DNA of 64,000 nucleotides from Candidatus Iainarchaeum sp. (GTDB taxonomy: Archaea > Iainarchaeota > Iainarchaeia > Iainarchaeales > GCA-2688035): the NCBI GenBank assembly GCA_017610205.1, contig JAFCCL010000007.1:32001-96000 (forward strand), in the 5' to 3' direction. The first letter of the stretch is position 1; the number at the start of each line of letters is the position of its first letter. This document shows, one piece after another, positions 41,560 through 50,767 of the stretch. The position numbers were made by a program, and so were the translations under genes. The notes under the pieces are model-generated. The model did no database searches and was not told the origin of the DNA. It worked only from the letters and a program-made list of their open reading frames with translations.

Positions 41560-42540
41560 ATGATAGAAAGAATATTTATTGAGCAGGGAATGAAAAAAAT
41601 TCAGCTTGAAGAGTATATGAAAAAAAATCTTAACAGAGCCGGCTTTACAGGCTTGCAGATGGTTAAGACCCCTCTTGTTACAAGAATTGTGCTTAGAGTA
41701 GCAAGACCTGGACTGGCAATAGGAAAAGGCGGACAAAACATTCGAACACTTACTGAAGAAATTGGAAAAAGGTTTGGCATTGACAATCCTCAAATTGAAA
41801 TACAGGATATTAAGACACCGGCACTTGACTCAAGGGCAACAGTTGATAAAATGGTTGAATTAATTGAAAGAGGCTATAGTTGGAAAAGTGTTGTTTTTAA
41901 AACAACAAGAGACATCAAAGAAGCTGGAGCCCAAGGGGTTGAAATGCTTCTCAAAGGAAAGCTTTCAGGAAAAGGCGGAAGAAAAAGAAAACACAGGGTT
42001 ATTGATGGTTACATGAAAAAAGCAGGAGACCAAGTTAAACTTGTTGACACAGCAAAAGCATCAGCATATCCAAAAGCAGGTGCAATAGGAATTACTCTTA
42101 GCATAATCCGACCAGAAATTGTCTTTCCAGACAAAGTAAACATTGCAGCAATTATTAAAGAAAGGAAAAATGCTGAAAAAGCAGCAATTGAAAAGGCAAC
42201 TGCTGAAGCGGAAAAAGCAGAAGCCAAAAAAGAAACATCTGAAGAAAAAGAAACAAAAGAAAAAGCAGTTGAAGTAAAAGAAAAAACAAAAAAGGAAGAC
42301 AAAGAAAAAAAAGATGAAAAAGCAGCCGCTGGGAAAAAAGAAAAAGCCAGTGAAAAAAAGTCAGAAAAAAAAGAAAAGACAAAGTCTGGAAAAGAACATG
42401 AAAAAAAGAAAAAAGAAGAAAAGGCAGTAAAAAAGCCAGGTGAAAAACACGGCAAAGGAGAAAAAAAAGCTGCTAAAAAACCCGAAAAAGAAAAAAAGGA
42501 AAAAGTAGAAAAGAAATCTGAAAAGAAAGGCAAGAAGTGA
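41560..42540 (+). CDS. rps3: 30S ribosomal protein S3 with long Lys/Glu tail
   Basis: RPGLAIGKGG KH motif, GAQGVE. Confidence 0.96.
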   Translation: MIERIFIEQGMKKIQLEEYMKKNLNRAGFTGLQMVKTPLVTRIVLRVARPGLAIGKGGQNIRTLTEEIGKRFGIDNPQIEIQDIKTPALDSRATVDKMVELIERGYSWKSVVFKTTRDIKEAGAQGVEMLLKGKLSGKGGRKRKHRVIDGYMKKAGDQVKLVDTAKASAYPKAGAIGITLSIIRPEIVFPDKVNIAAIIKERKNAEKAAIEKATAEAEKAEAKKETSEEKETKEKAVEVKEKTKKEDKEKKDEKAAAGKKEKASEKKSEKKEKTKSGKEHEKKKKEEKAVKKPGEKHGKGEKKAAKKPEKEKKEKVEKKSEKKGKK

Positions 42541-42547
42541 ATCGTTT

Positions 42548-42934
42548 ATGAAAATTAGTGAAATAAGAACAATGTCAATTTCTGACGCAAGAAAGCAAAT
42601 TTCAGAACTTAGAACAGAGCTTGCCAAAGGAAGAGCTATTGCCGCAGGCGGAACAAGACCTGAAAATCCTGGAAAAATAAGAGGCATAAAAAAGAATGTT
42701 GCAAGACTTTTGACAGTTATTAATGAAAAGGTTAAAGCAGGCGAAAAAGAGGAAGTAAAGGAAGAAAAAGGCAGGGAAAAAATTCCTGCAAAAAAAGAAA
42801 AGCCGACAAACAAGGCGTCAAAAAAGAAAAAAAGGGCGATTGGAAAAAAGAAAGTGATTAAATCAAAGAAAGAAAAACAAATCAAAAAGGCAAAAGGAAA
42901 GAAAAAAGGTAAAAAAGAGGTGAAAAAGGCTTAA
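42548..42934 (+). CDS. rpl29: 50S ribosomal protein L29 with Lys-rich tail
   Basis: ENPGKIR..KKNVARLLT. Confidence 0.95.
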   Translation: MKISEIRTMSISDARKQISELRTELAKGRAIAAGGTRPENPGKIRGIKKNVARLLTVINEKVKAGEKEEVKEEKGREKIPAKKEKPTNKASKKKKRAIGKKKVIKSKKEKQIKKAKGKKKGKKEVKKA

Positions 42935-43236
42935 TGGATGACATCTGCCCAAAATGCGGGCTGCCGAAAAACTTATGCATCTGTGAACAGATTGCAAAAG
43001 AACAACAGAAAATAAAGATAAGGGTTGACCACAGGCGATTCAGAAAAACAGTTACACTTGTGAGCGGACTTGGAAAAGATGTAGACATTGAAGGCCTTAC
43101 AAAACAGCTGAAAAAAAATCTTGCATGCGGAGGAACCGCAAAAAACGGAGTAATTGTCCTGCAAGGAGATCACAGAAAAAAGGTCAAAGCATTGTTATTG
43201 GAGCAAGGTTTCAAAGAGGAGTTGATTGAAGATTAA
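42934..43236 (+). CDS. sui1: Translation initiation factor aIF1 (SUI1)
   Basis: CPKCGLP..LCIC, LACGGT, LQGDH. Confidence 0.96.
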   Translation: MDDICPKCGLPKNLCICEQIAKEQQKIKIRVDHRRFRKTVTLVSGLGKDVDIEGLTKQLKKNLACGGTAKNGVIVLQGDHRKKVKALLLEQGFKEELIED

Positions 43237-43522
43237 GAAAAAAAATTATTGCATTACCGTGAAAAACTTGGCATGCCATGAATGGATTGGATTAAATGCA
43301 ATGGTTGTAAAAAGCACTGACAAAAGCAGAATTGGAATAAAAGGAAAAATTATTGATGAAACAAAAAATTTGGTTGTGATTGAAACAAAAAAAGGAGAAA
43401 AAAAATTGCCTAAAAAGGAAGTGGAGCTGATGGTTGAACTTGGAAAAGAAAAAGTTTTGCTTGACTGCAGTAAGCTGTCCCAAAGACCTGAAGACAGAAT
43501 AAAATATTTTGGAGGAAATTAA
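43226..43522 (+). CDS. rnp1: RNase P protein component 1 (Rpp29)
   Basis: HEWIGL, GKIIDETKN, RPEDRIK; TTG start. Confidence 0.93.
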   Translation: MKIKKKNYCITVKNLACHEWIGLNAMVVKSTDKSRIGIKGKIIDETKNLVVIETKKGEKKLPKKEVELMVELGKEKVLLDCSKLSQRPEDRIKYFGGN

Positions 43523-43523
43523 A

Positions 43524-44054
43524 ATGGCTGAATGTACTGACAAAAGATGTCCTATACACGGAAAGATAAGTGTAAGAGGAAATATTTTCACCTGCACAGT
43601 AATAAGCGCAAAGCCTGATAAGACTGTGGTAGTTGAAAGGCCAATTGTTAAATTCGTGCCAAAATATGAAAGATATGCCAAATCAAAAAGCAGAATTTAT
43701 GCACACAACCCAGAATGCATCAATGCAAAAGAGAATGATGTTGTCAGTGTTGGCGAGACAAGAAGGCTAAGCAAAACAAAATGCTTTGTTGTAACTAAAG
43801 TTATTGGAAAGAAAAAAATTGTAAAAGCCGAAGAGGATACATTTAGAGAGCACAAAAGAGTGAAAAAGGAAGAAAAAAAACCTGAAAAGAAAAAAGAAGA
43901 AAAGGAAGAAGAAGCGGAAAAGGAAAAAGCAATGGAAGAAAAAGAAACAGAAGAAGAAAAGAGCGAGGAAGTTAAAGAAAAACCTACAGAAGATTCAAAA
44001 GAAGAGGAAAAAGAACAAAATAAAGATGACAAGGAAGAGAAAAAAAGCGAATAA
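43524..44054 (+). CDS. rps17: 30S ribosomal protein S17 with Glu/Lys tail
   Basis: CTDKRCPIHG, KYERY, ETRRLSKTK. Confidence 0.96.
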   Translation: MAECTDKRCPIHGKISVRGNIFTCTVISAKPDKTVVVERPIVKFVPKYERYAKSKSRIYAHNPECINAKENDVVSVGETRRLSKTKCFVVTKVIGKKKIVKAEEDTFREHKRVKKEEKKPEKKKEEKEEEAEKEKAMEEKETEEEKSEEVKEKPTEDSKEEEKEQNKDDKEEKKSE

Positions 44055-44073
44055 TTGAATTTTGGTGAAGATT

Positions 44074-44472
44074 ATGAAGGCAATTAGCAGCAATGTTTCA
44101 AAAAGTCTGACGCAAAAAAGCAGATGTACCTGTGCTGACAATAGTGGCGCAAAGATTGTTGAAATAATCAGCGTGTTTGGATTTAAAGGAAACAAAAGAA
44201 TGAATCCAAGAGGCGGAATTGCAAGCATGGTTAATGTTGTTGTAAAAAAAGGAAAGCCGGAAATCAGGTCAAAAGTTGAACGGGCGGTTATTGTTCGGGT
44301 TAAAAAAGAGTACAGGAGACCGAACGGATTAAGAATTAGGTTTGAAGACAATGCAGTAGTGCTTGTTGATGAAAAAGGCGTGCCAAAGGCAAGCGAAATA
44401 AAAGGAGTTATAGCAAAAGAGGTTGGTGAAAGATTTCCAAAGATTGCGGGAATTTCATCAGCAGTTATTTAG
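44074..44472 (+). CDS. rpl14: 50S ribosomal protein L14
   Basis: CADNSGAK, FEDNAVV. Confidence 0.97.
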   Translation: MKAISSNVSKSLTQKSRCTCADNSGAKIVEIISVFGFKGNKRMNPRGGIASMVNVVVKKGKPEIRSKVERAVIVRVKKEYRRPNGLRIRFEDNAVVLVDEKGVPKASEIKGVIAKEVGERFPKIAGISSAVI

Positions 44473-44482
44473 GTGATTGAAA

Positions 44483-44953
44483 ATGAAGGTTGAATCAAGC
44501 AAGGCAAAAAAGCAAAGAAAATTCCATTATGATAAGCCACTGCATATGAAACAGCAGGATCTTGCAAGTCACCTTGATAAAAAACTGGCAAAACAGCTTG
44601 AAAAAAGAAGCGTTGCAGTTAGAAAAAGTGACACAGTAAAGGTTATGAGAGGCAAAATGAAGGGAAAAAGCGGAAAAATAACCGGTGTAAATTATGGAAA
44701 AGGAACAGTTTTTGTTGAAAATATTATGAGAAAAAAGGCTAACGGAGAAGAAGTACAGGTTCCACTAAAGGCCTCAAACCTTCTTGTTACCGGTTTGGAC
44801 AAAAGTGACTCAAAGCGCTTTAAAGGAAAAGTTTTGAAAGAAGAAAAGAAAAAGGACAAAAAGCCTGCAAAAAAAGAGGAAAAAGCAACACAGGAAAAAA
44901 AAGAAAAACCTGTAAAAGATGCAGGAAATAAAAATGAAAAGAAGGTGCAGTAA
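44483..44953 (+). CDS. rpl24: 50S ribosomal protein L24
   Basis: KQRK, VRKSDTVKVMRG, ASNL. Confidence 0.96.
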   Translation: MKVESSKAKKQRKFHYDKPLHMKQQDLASHLDKKLAKQLEKRSVAVRKSDTVKVMRGKMKGKSGKITGVNYGKGTVFVENIMRKKANGEEVQVPLKASNLLVTGLDKSDSKRFKGKVLKEEKKKDKKPAKKEEKATQEKKEKPVKDAGNKNEKKVQ

Positions 44954-44955
44954 AA

Positions 44956-45675
44956 ATGGCTAACAAAGGAGAAGGAAAAAGTGAAAAAAGGCTTGCGGCA
45001 GGAAAGGTCGTGCCATTGCTTAGAAAAGAGCACACCTGGCACATTAAGGCAAAGCCAGGTCCACACAAGAAAAGGAACAGTGTTGCTCTTGGATTTGTTT
45101 TAAGAGACATGATTGGCATTGCAAAAAATGCCAAGGAATCCAAAAAAATACTAAACCAGGGATTTGTTTTGGTTGATGGAAAAATTTCTAAAGAACCAAA
45201 AAGACCAGTTGGACTTTTTGACCTTATCACAATAAACCCTGATAAAAAAACTTACAGAATTTTATTTAACAAAAAAGGAAAGCTTTGCCTTTCAGAAGAA
45301 AAGTTTGAGGAGAGGGAAAAAATTTGCAAGATTATTAAAAAACAAAGTATTGCAAACGGCAAAATCCAATTTACAACAAATGACGGACGAACATTCAAAG
45401 AAGAAAAGAAAACAGAAGCTTGCGTTGGAGACAGCCTTTTGATAAAGACACCAGAACAAAAAATTGTCAAAGTTTTAAAACAAGAAGCCAAAAAAATGGC
45501 GCTTGTTATTGACGGAAAGCACATAGGAGATGTTGCAAAAGTAAAGAAATTTGTTGCCGGAACAATGAGACGACCAAAGCTTGTAACACTTGAAACAGAA
45601 GAAGGAGAATTTGGCACAGTAGAATCAAACATTGTGATTGTTGGAGATGACAAACCAGTAATAAAAGTTGAGTGA
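44956..45675 (+). CDS. rps4e: 30S ribosomal protein S4e
   Basis: PGPHK, VLVDGK, PVGLFDLI, DGRT. Confidence 0.96.
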   Translation: MANKGEGKSEKRLAAGKVVPLLRKEHTWHIKAKPGPHKKRNSVALGFVLRDMIGIAKNAKESKKILNQGFVLVDGKISKEPKRPVGLFDLITINPDKKTYRILFNKKGKLCLSEEKFEEREKICKIIKKQSIANGKIQFTTNDGRTFKEEKKTEACVGDSLLIKTPEQKIVKVLKQEAKKMALVIDGKHIGDVAKVKKFVAGTMRRPKLVTLETEEGEFGTVESNIVIVGDDKPVIKVE

Positions 45676-45680
45676 ATAAG

Positions 45681-46196
45681 ATGGATTCGGAAAATAAGAT
45701 GCGTGATATAAAAATTGCCAAAGTTACGGTAAACATGGGTGTAGGCCCCGAACCAAACGAAATGAAAAACGCACAGAAGATTATTGAAAAGCTTACCGAA
45801 AGAAAAGCCATTAAGACAAAATGCAAAGTAAGGCAGCCAAAATGGGGCATAAGACCTGGTTTGCCAATAGGACTTAAGGTTACACTTAGAAATTCAAATG
45901 CAGAAGAATTTTTAAAAAGAGGAATTGCAGCCAAAGGAAATGAGTTAAAATCAACATGCTTTGACAACCAAGGAAATTTTGGATTTGGAATACAGGAATA
46001 TATTGACATGCCAGGCATAAAATATGATCCAACACTTGGAGTGAGAGGCTTTGATGTTCTTGTAACTCTTGAAAGGCCTGGTTTTAGGGTTAAAAGAAGA
46101 AAAATAAGAAACCGAAAGGTTGGTGGATCTCACACTATTTCAAAAGAAGAGGCAATGGAATTTGTGCAAAAAAAGTTTGAGGTTGTTTTTGAATGA
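45681..46196 (+). CDS. rpl5: 50S ribosomal protein L5
   Basis: KVTVNMGVG, PIGLKVTLR, GNFGFGI, YDP. Confidence 0.97.
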   Translation: MDSENKMRDIKIAKVTVNMGVGPEPNEMKNAQKIIEKLTERKAIKTKCKVRQPKWGIRPGLPIGLKVTLRNSNAEEFLKRGIAAKGNELKSTCFDNQGNFGFGIQEYIDMPGIKYDPTLGVRGFDVLVTLERPGFRVKRRKIRNRKVGGSHTISKEEAMEFVQKKFEVVFE

Positions 46197-46351
46197 GTAA
46201 AGAGAAAAGAGATTTGAAAGAGGAAAAAAAGAAAAGAAAATGCAGAATGTGCGGCACAAGACAAGCCGTTATAAGAAAGTATAAGCTGATGGTATGCAGA
46301 AGATGCTTTAAGGAAATTGCCGAAAAAATCGGCTTTAAGAAATTTGACTAA
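46193..46351 (+). CDS. rps14: 30S ribosomal protein S14 (Zn-binding; absent from ORF track)
   Basis: MSKEKRDLKEEKKKRKCRMCGTRQAVIRKYKLMVCRRCFKEIAEKIGFKKFD. Confidence 0.96.
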   Translation: MSKEKRDLKEEKKKRKCRMCGTRQAVIRKYKLMVCRRCFKEIAEKIGFKKFD

Positions 46352-46363
46352 GGTGGATGAAAA

Positions 46364-46756
46364 ATGAGTTTAGTTGACCCAATAGCAGATGGATTAATTG
46401 CAATAAAAAACAGCGACAGCGCTGCAAAAAAAGAATGCCTTTACAGGCCTGCGTCAAAGCTTTTTGGAGAAATCCTTAAAGTTATGCAGGCAAACGGCTA
46501 TATTTCGTCTTTTGAGTTTGTTAAAGACGGAAGAGATGGAGTATACAAGATTGGATTGCTTGGAAAAATAAATGACTGCAAGGCAATAAAGCCAAGATAT
46601 GCTGTGAAAAAAAGCAAATTTGAAAGCTTTGAAAAAAGATATTTACCAGCAAGAGATGTTGGAATTATTGTTGTAAGCACACCAAACGGAGTTTTGGCTC
46701 ATAAGGAAGCCAAAGAAAAAGGACTTGGAGGCCGGCTTATAGCATATGTTTACTAG
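46364..46756 (+). CDS. rps8: 30S ribosomal protein S8
   Basis: [24 protein letters not shown]. Confidence 0.97.
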   Translation: MSLVDPIADGLIAIKNSDSAAKKECLYRPASKLFGEILKVMQANGYISSFEFVKDGRDGVYKIGLLGKINDCKAIKPRYAVKKSKFESFEKRYLPARDVGIIVVSTPNGVLAHKEAKEKGLGGRLIAYVY

Positions 46757-46765
46757 GTGAAATTC

Positions 46766-47323
46766 ATGGTAAAAGAAACAGTTGAGAAAAAAATTGACCT
46801 GCCAAACGGCATTACTGCAGAAGTAAGCGGCAGCACTGTTTTAATAAAAGGAGCAGGCAAAGAGACAACAAAGCAATTGAAAGCAAACGGAATTTCATTT
46901 AAACAGGAAAACAATAGCATTGTTGTAATTGGAAAGCCGGATTCAAGAAAAATTAATGTATTGATTAACACAATTGTTTCCCACATAAATAATATGATAA
47001 GCGGACTTGACAAAGAATATGTTTACAAATTAGTTATTGTTTACAGTCATTTTCCAATGAATGTTGCAGTCAAAGGCAAAATTGTTGAAATAAAGAATTT
47101 TGTCGGAGAGAAAAAGCCAAGGAATTCAAAAATTGTTGAAGGATCAACAGTAACAATAAAGGAAAAGAATGTTACTGTCAAAAGCCACAACAAGGAAGCT
47201 GCAGGGCAGACTGCTGCAAACCTTGAGAGTGCAACAAAAGTCAGAGGAAAAGACAAAAGAGTTTACCAAGACGGAATTTTTATTGTTGAAAAAGGATTGC
47301 AGGAAGAAAAGGAGAGTAAGTAA
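46766..47323 (+). CDS. rpl6: 50S ribosomal protein L6
   Basis: YSHFPM, NFVGEK, GQTAANLE, DKRVYQDGI. Confidence 0.97.
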   Translation: MVKETVEKKIDLPNGITAEVSGSTVLIKGAGKETTKQLKANGISFKQENNSIVVIGKPDSRKINVLINTIVSHINNMISGLDKEYVYKLVIVYSHFPMNVAVKGKIVEIKNFVGEKKPRNSKIVEGSTVTIKEKNVTVKSHNKEAAGQTAANLESATKVRGKDKRVYQDGIFIVEKGLQEEKESK

Positions 47324-47324
47324 A

Positions 47325-48041
47325 ATGACTGAAGAGAAAAAAGCTGCACACGCAAAAAAACACGAAAAGGATGCAAAAGTTAAGAAAAAGGCAGTTGCTG
47401 AAACAAAACACGCTGCAAAAAAACATCCTGCAAAAAAACACGCTGCAGAAAAAACAACACCTGCAAAGGAAACTGTAAAAGGAAAAGCAGCAGGTAAAGA
47501 AAAAGAAAAACATTCTGGAAAAGGAAAAGAAAAACATGTTCACGAGAAAAAAGAAGTAAAAGAAAAGCATGTTGAAAAAGAAGAAGAAAAACATATTGAA
47601 AAGGAAAAAAAAGGTGTAAAGAAGCCATATGTTAAGAAAAAACCGGTGAAGATCACAAAAAGCAAAGAAGTTAAGAAATTGTCAGCACTTGTGAGGGCAA
47701 AGAAAAGGCACATGTTTAGGGGAAGATTTGGAAAAAGAAGCATTAGAAAGGTTAGCAAAGAAAAATGGCAGAAGTGGAGAAAGCCAAGAGGTATTGACAT
47801 AGTGTTTAAGAAAGAAGACGGACTTATACCAGGCACGGGTTACAGGACTCCAAAAAAAATAAGATTTATCCACCCTTCAGGCTATGAAGAAAGGCTTGTT
47901 AGGAATATGAATGAACTAATAGCAATGGAAAAGGAAAAAGGAAAAGCAGCTGCAAAGATTTCCAGAACTATCGGCAAGAAAAAAAAGGAAATGATTCTGA
48001 AAAAAGCAGACGAACTTAAGATTGTGGTTTTGAACAGGTGA
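47325..48041 (+). CDS. rpl32e: 50S ribosomal protein L32e with long Lys/Glu/His N-terminal extension
   Basis: WRKPRGID, GYRTP, HPSG, VLN. Confidence 0.95.
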   Translation: MTEEKKAAHAKKHEKDAKVKKKAVAETKHAAKKHPAKKHAAEKTTPAKETVKGKAAGKEKEKHSGKGKEKHVHEKKEVKEKHVEKEEEKHIEKEKKGVKKPYVKKKPVKITKSKEVKKLSALVRAKKRHMFRGRFGKRSIRKVSKEKWQKWRKPRGIDIVFKKEDGLIPGTGYRTPKKIRFIHPSGYEERLVRNMNELIAMEKEKGKAAAKISRTIGKKKKEMILKKADELKIVVLNR

Positions 48042-48046
48042 ATTGA

Positions 48047-48493
48047 ATGAGACAAGAAAAAGTTAGGGAAATGGCAGCCAGCATTTTGAAATGCGGTAAG
48101 AATATAGTATGGCTTAACCCAAAAGAGGATGAAAAAATCAAGTCAGTTATGACAAAGGACGATATAAGGGGACTTATAAAAGAAGGCGTAATAAAGAAAA
48201 GTGGAAAGAACAGCCAAAGCAGGGCAAGAGCCAGAAAACTTCACGAAAAAAAGAAAAAAGGAAGAAAATCAGGAAAGGGAAAAAGAAAGGGTACAAAAAA
48301 GGCAAGAATTGAAAAAAAACCAACCTGGATGAAAAATGTAAGAAGTCAGAGGAAAATGCTTAAACAGTTACAAAAAGAAAAACCTGAAGCAGTTGCAAAA
48401 ATTGGATACAGAATCCTGTACAAAAGAGTTAAAGGCGGCTACTTTAAGGGAAAAAAATATTTGAAAGCAGCAGTTGAAGGAAAAAAAAGGTAA
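48047..48493 (+). CDS. rpl19e: 50S ribosomal protein L19e
   Basis: AASILKCG..VWL, GKRKG.KKAR, KGGYFK. Confidence 0.96.
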   Translation: MRQEKVREMAASILKCGKNIVWLNPKEDEKIKSVMTKDDIRGLIKEGVIKKSGKNSQSRARARKLHEKKKKGRKSGKGKRKGTKKARIEKKPTWMKNVRSQRKMLKQLQKEKPEAVAKIGYRILYKRVKGGYFKGKKYLKAAVEGKKR

Positions 48494-48499
48494 TTGAAA

Positions 48500-49060
48500 A
48501 TGGCTAACAAAACTACGTATAAGGTTCCGTTTCGGAGAAGAAAAGAAGGCAAAACCAACTATAAGAAAAGACTGAGCATGCTTAAAGGCAGAGTGCCAAG
48601 GCTTGTTGTTAGAAAAACAAACAAGTATGTGATTGTACAGGTTATAGAATATCTTGACAAAGGAGACAAAACAATTGCCCATGCAAACAGCAGGGAACTT
48701 GAAAAGTTCGGCTGGAAGGCAGGAAAGAAAAACCTTCCTGCAGCATACCTTACAGGCTTGCTTGCAGGCAGCAGGGCAAAAAAAGCAAATGTTAAAAATG
48801 CAATCCTTGACATTGGCTTTGCCAGCCCTCAAAGAAAAGGATGGTGGTCAAGTGCACTCAAAGGTGCAATGGATACAGGGCTTAAAATTCCGGCAGGAGA
48901 AGAAGCAATGCCTGATGAAAACAGGATTAAAGGAAAGCACATTGAGGATTTTGCAAAAATTGCCAAGGGAAAGTCTTTTGGAAAAATTAATGAAACAGAT
49001 TTGAAAAATACTACAAAGATTTTTGAAGAGGTTAAACAAAAAATTTTAGGTTCGAAATAA
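48500..49060 (+). CDS. rpl18: 50S ribosomal protein L18
   Basis: RRRKEGKTNY, RLVVRKTN, NLPAAYLTG. Confidence 0.97.
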   Translation: MANKTTYKVPFRRRKEGKTNYKKRLSMLKGRVPRLVVRKTNKYVIVQVIEYLDKGDKTIAHANSRELEKFGWKAGKKNLPAAYLTGLLAGSRAKKANVKNAILDIGFASPQRKGWWSSALKGAMDTGLKIPAGEEAMPDENRIKGKHIEDFAKIAKGKSFGKINETDLKNTTKIFEEVKQKILGSK

Positions 49061-49073
49061 AACGGTGATTTGA

Positions 49074-49772
49074 ATGGTTATGAAGAGAAGAAAATTGAGC
49101 GCTGAAGAAAGGGCACAGAAAGCCGCAGAGAAAAGGGAAGCCGAACTTGCAAAATGGGTTCCAAAAACCGAACTTGGAAAAAAGGTTCTTGCAGGCGAAA
49201 TAACAAGCATGGATGAAATTGTAAAAGGAAACAAGCCAGTTCTTGAAGCCGAAATTATTGATTATCTAATGCCAATGGAAGAAAAAATGATTGAGTTTAA
49301 GAAAACAACAAGAGTTGTAAGAGCAGGCAGAAAATTCAGTTTTAGGGTTTCTGTTTTAGTCGGAAACAAAAACGGATTTGTAGGAATAGGAACTGCCAAA
49401 GACCTTGAAAAATGGCCAGCTTTAAGAAAAGCAACAAGAAAGGCAAAGCTCAACCTTGTAAAAGTAAAAAGAGGATGTGGAAGCTGGGAATGCACCTGCG
49501 GAACGGGGCATAGTGTTCCGTTTAAAGTAAGCGGAAAGAATGCCAGCGTAAGGATTTCATTCCTTCCAGCACCAAAAGGAACAGGCAGAGTTGCAGGAGA
49601 AGCTGTTAAAGATGTCTTAATGTTTGCAGGAGTAAATGATGTGTGGACAAAGGTATCAGGAGCAACTGATACAAGACTCAATTTCGTAAAAGCAGCAATT
49701 AGCGCACTGGCACAAACAAACAAGATGAAAGTTTCTGAAGAAATTGGCAAAAAAAGCAATAGGGAGGCATGA
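49074..49772 (+). CDS. rps5: 30S ribosomal protein S5
   Basis: WVPKTELG, RGCGSWEC, PAPKGTG. Confidence 0.97.
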   Translation: MVMKRRKLSAEERAQKAAEKREAELAKWVPKTELGKKVLAGEITSMDEIVKGNKPVLEAEIIDYLMPMEEKMIEFKKTTRVVRAGRKFSFRVSVLVGNKNGFVGIGTAKDLEKWPALRKATRKAKLNLVKVKRGCGSWECTCGTGHSVPFKVSGKNASVRISFLPAPKGTGRVAGEAVKDVLMFAGVNDVWTKVSGATDTRLNFVKAAISALAQTNKMKVSEEIGKKSNREA

Positions 49773-49777
49773 TTTGA

Positions 49778-50233
49778 ATGTATGCTGCAATAAGGGTTAG
49801 AGGAAAAGTCAACGTTTCTCCAAACATTAAAAAAACTCTTGAATTACTCAGGCTTGACAGGGTAAATCATCTTGTACTTGTAAAAAAAGAACAAAAAGGA
49901 ATGCTTGAAAAGGTCCAGTCATTTATTACATTTGGTGAAATAAACAACGAAACACTTGCAGCAGCAGTTGAAAAAAGAGGAAGGCTTGTTGGAAACAAAA
50001 AAATTAGCAAAGATTTTTTGAAAGAGAAAAAAATCGCTTCATTTGAAGAACTTGCAAAGTCAGTTATTGAAGAAAAGATAAAACTAACTGACCTTGGCAT
50101 AAAGCCAATTTTAAGACTAGCTCCTCCAAAAAAAGGGTATGAGAGAGCAGGCATAAAAAAGAACTACAGTGTCGGAGGAGCTTTGGGTTACAGGGCCAGC
50201 GACATAAACAAGCTTGTTAAGAGAATGATTTAA
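49778..50233 (+). CDS. rpl30: 50S ribosomal protein L30
   Basis: IRVRG, TLELLRL, RLAPP, GGALGYR. Confidence 0.96.
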   Translation: MYAAIRVRGKVNVSPNIKKTLELLRLDRVNHLVLVKKEQKGMLEKVQSFITFGEINNETLAAAVEKRGRLVGNKKISKDFLKEKKIASFEELAKSVIEEKIKLTDLGIKPILRLAPPKKGYERAGIKKNYSVGGALGYRASDINKLVKRMI

Positions 50234-50752
50234 ATGGTTGTAAGAAAAAGAAAAAAGCGTGTAACGAAAATGCTTGGACAGCGTACAAGAGGAAATGGAG
50301 ACACAAAAAGGAGAAGAGGAGCCGGAGGCAGAGGCGGCCGTGGTTTAGCAGGCTCTCACAAACACAAGTATAGCAAGTACGCAGGCAAATTTGGACAGGA
50401 AAAGAAACAGGTAAGGTCAAGAAAGGTTGTTAGGGAATTAAACATTGACTTGCTTGTTCAAAAAATGCCAAAACTTGAAGCAGCAGGAAAAATTTTAAAA
50501 GAAGCAAATACAATTGTTATTGATGGCTCAAAAATTGGCTTTGACAAACTTCTTTCAAAAGGAGAATTGAAACAAAAGATTATTGTAAGAAATATGAAAG
50601 CAAGCAAAAAGGCAATTGAAAAAGTTAAAAAGGCCGGCGGAGAAGTTGAGCTGGAAGAAAATGAGATAATTGAAAAAGAAACGGAAGAATTTGAAGATGT
50701 TCCAGCTACAAAAGAACCAGCCGTAGAAAAAGAGGAAATTAAAAAAGAGTAA
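50234..50752 (+). CDS. rpl15: 50S ribosomal protein L15 with acidic tail
   Basis: RGAGGRGGRGLAG, AIEKVKKAGG. Confidence 0.96.
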   Translation: MVVRKRKKRVTKMLGQRTRGNGDTKRRRGAGGRGGRGLAGSHKHKYSKYAGKFGQEKKQVRSRKVVRELNIDLLVQKMPKLEAAGKILKEANTIVIDGSKIGFDKLLSKGELKQKIIVRNMKASKKAIEKVKKAGGEVELEENEIIEKETEEFEDVPATKEPAVEKEEIKKE

Positions 50753-50767
50753 TTTTAGTGATTTTAA

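Noticed and set aside
42009-42885. Long Phe/Ser-rich minus-strand ORFs (also opposite rps17, rpl32e, rps4)
   Set aside because: Antisense shadows of A-rich Lys/Glu tails
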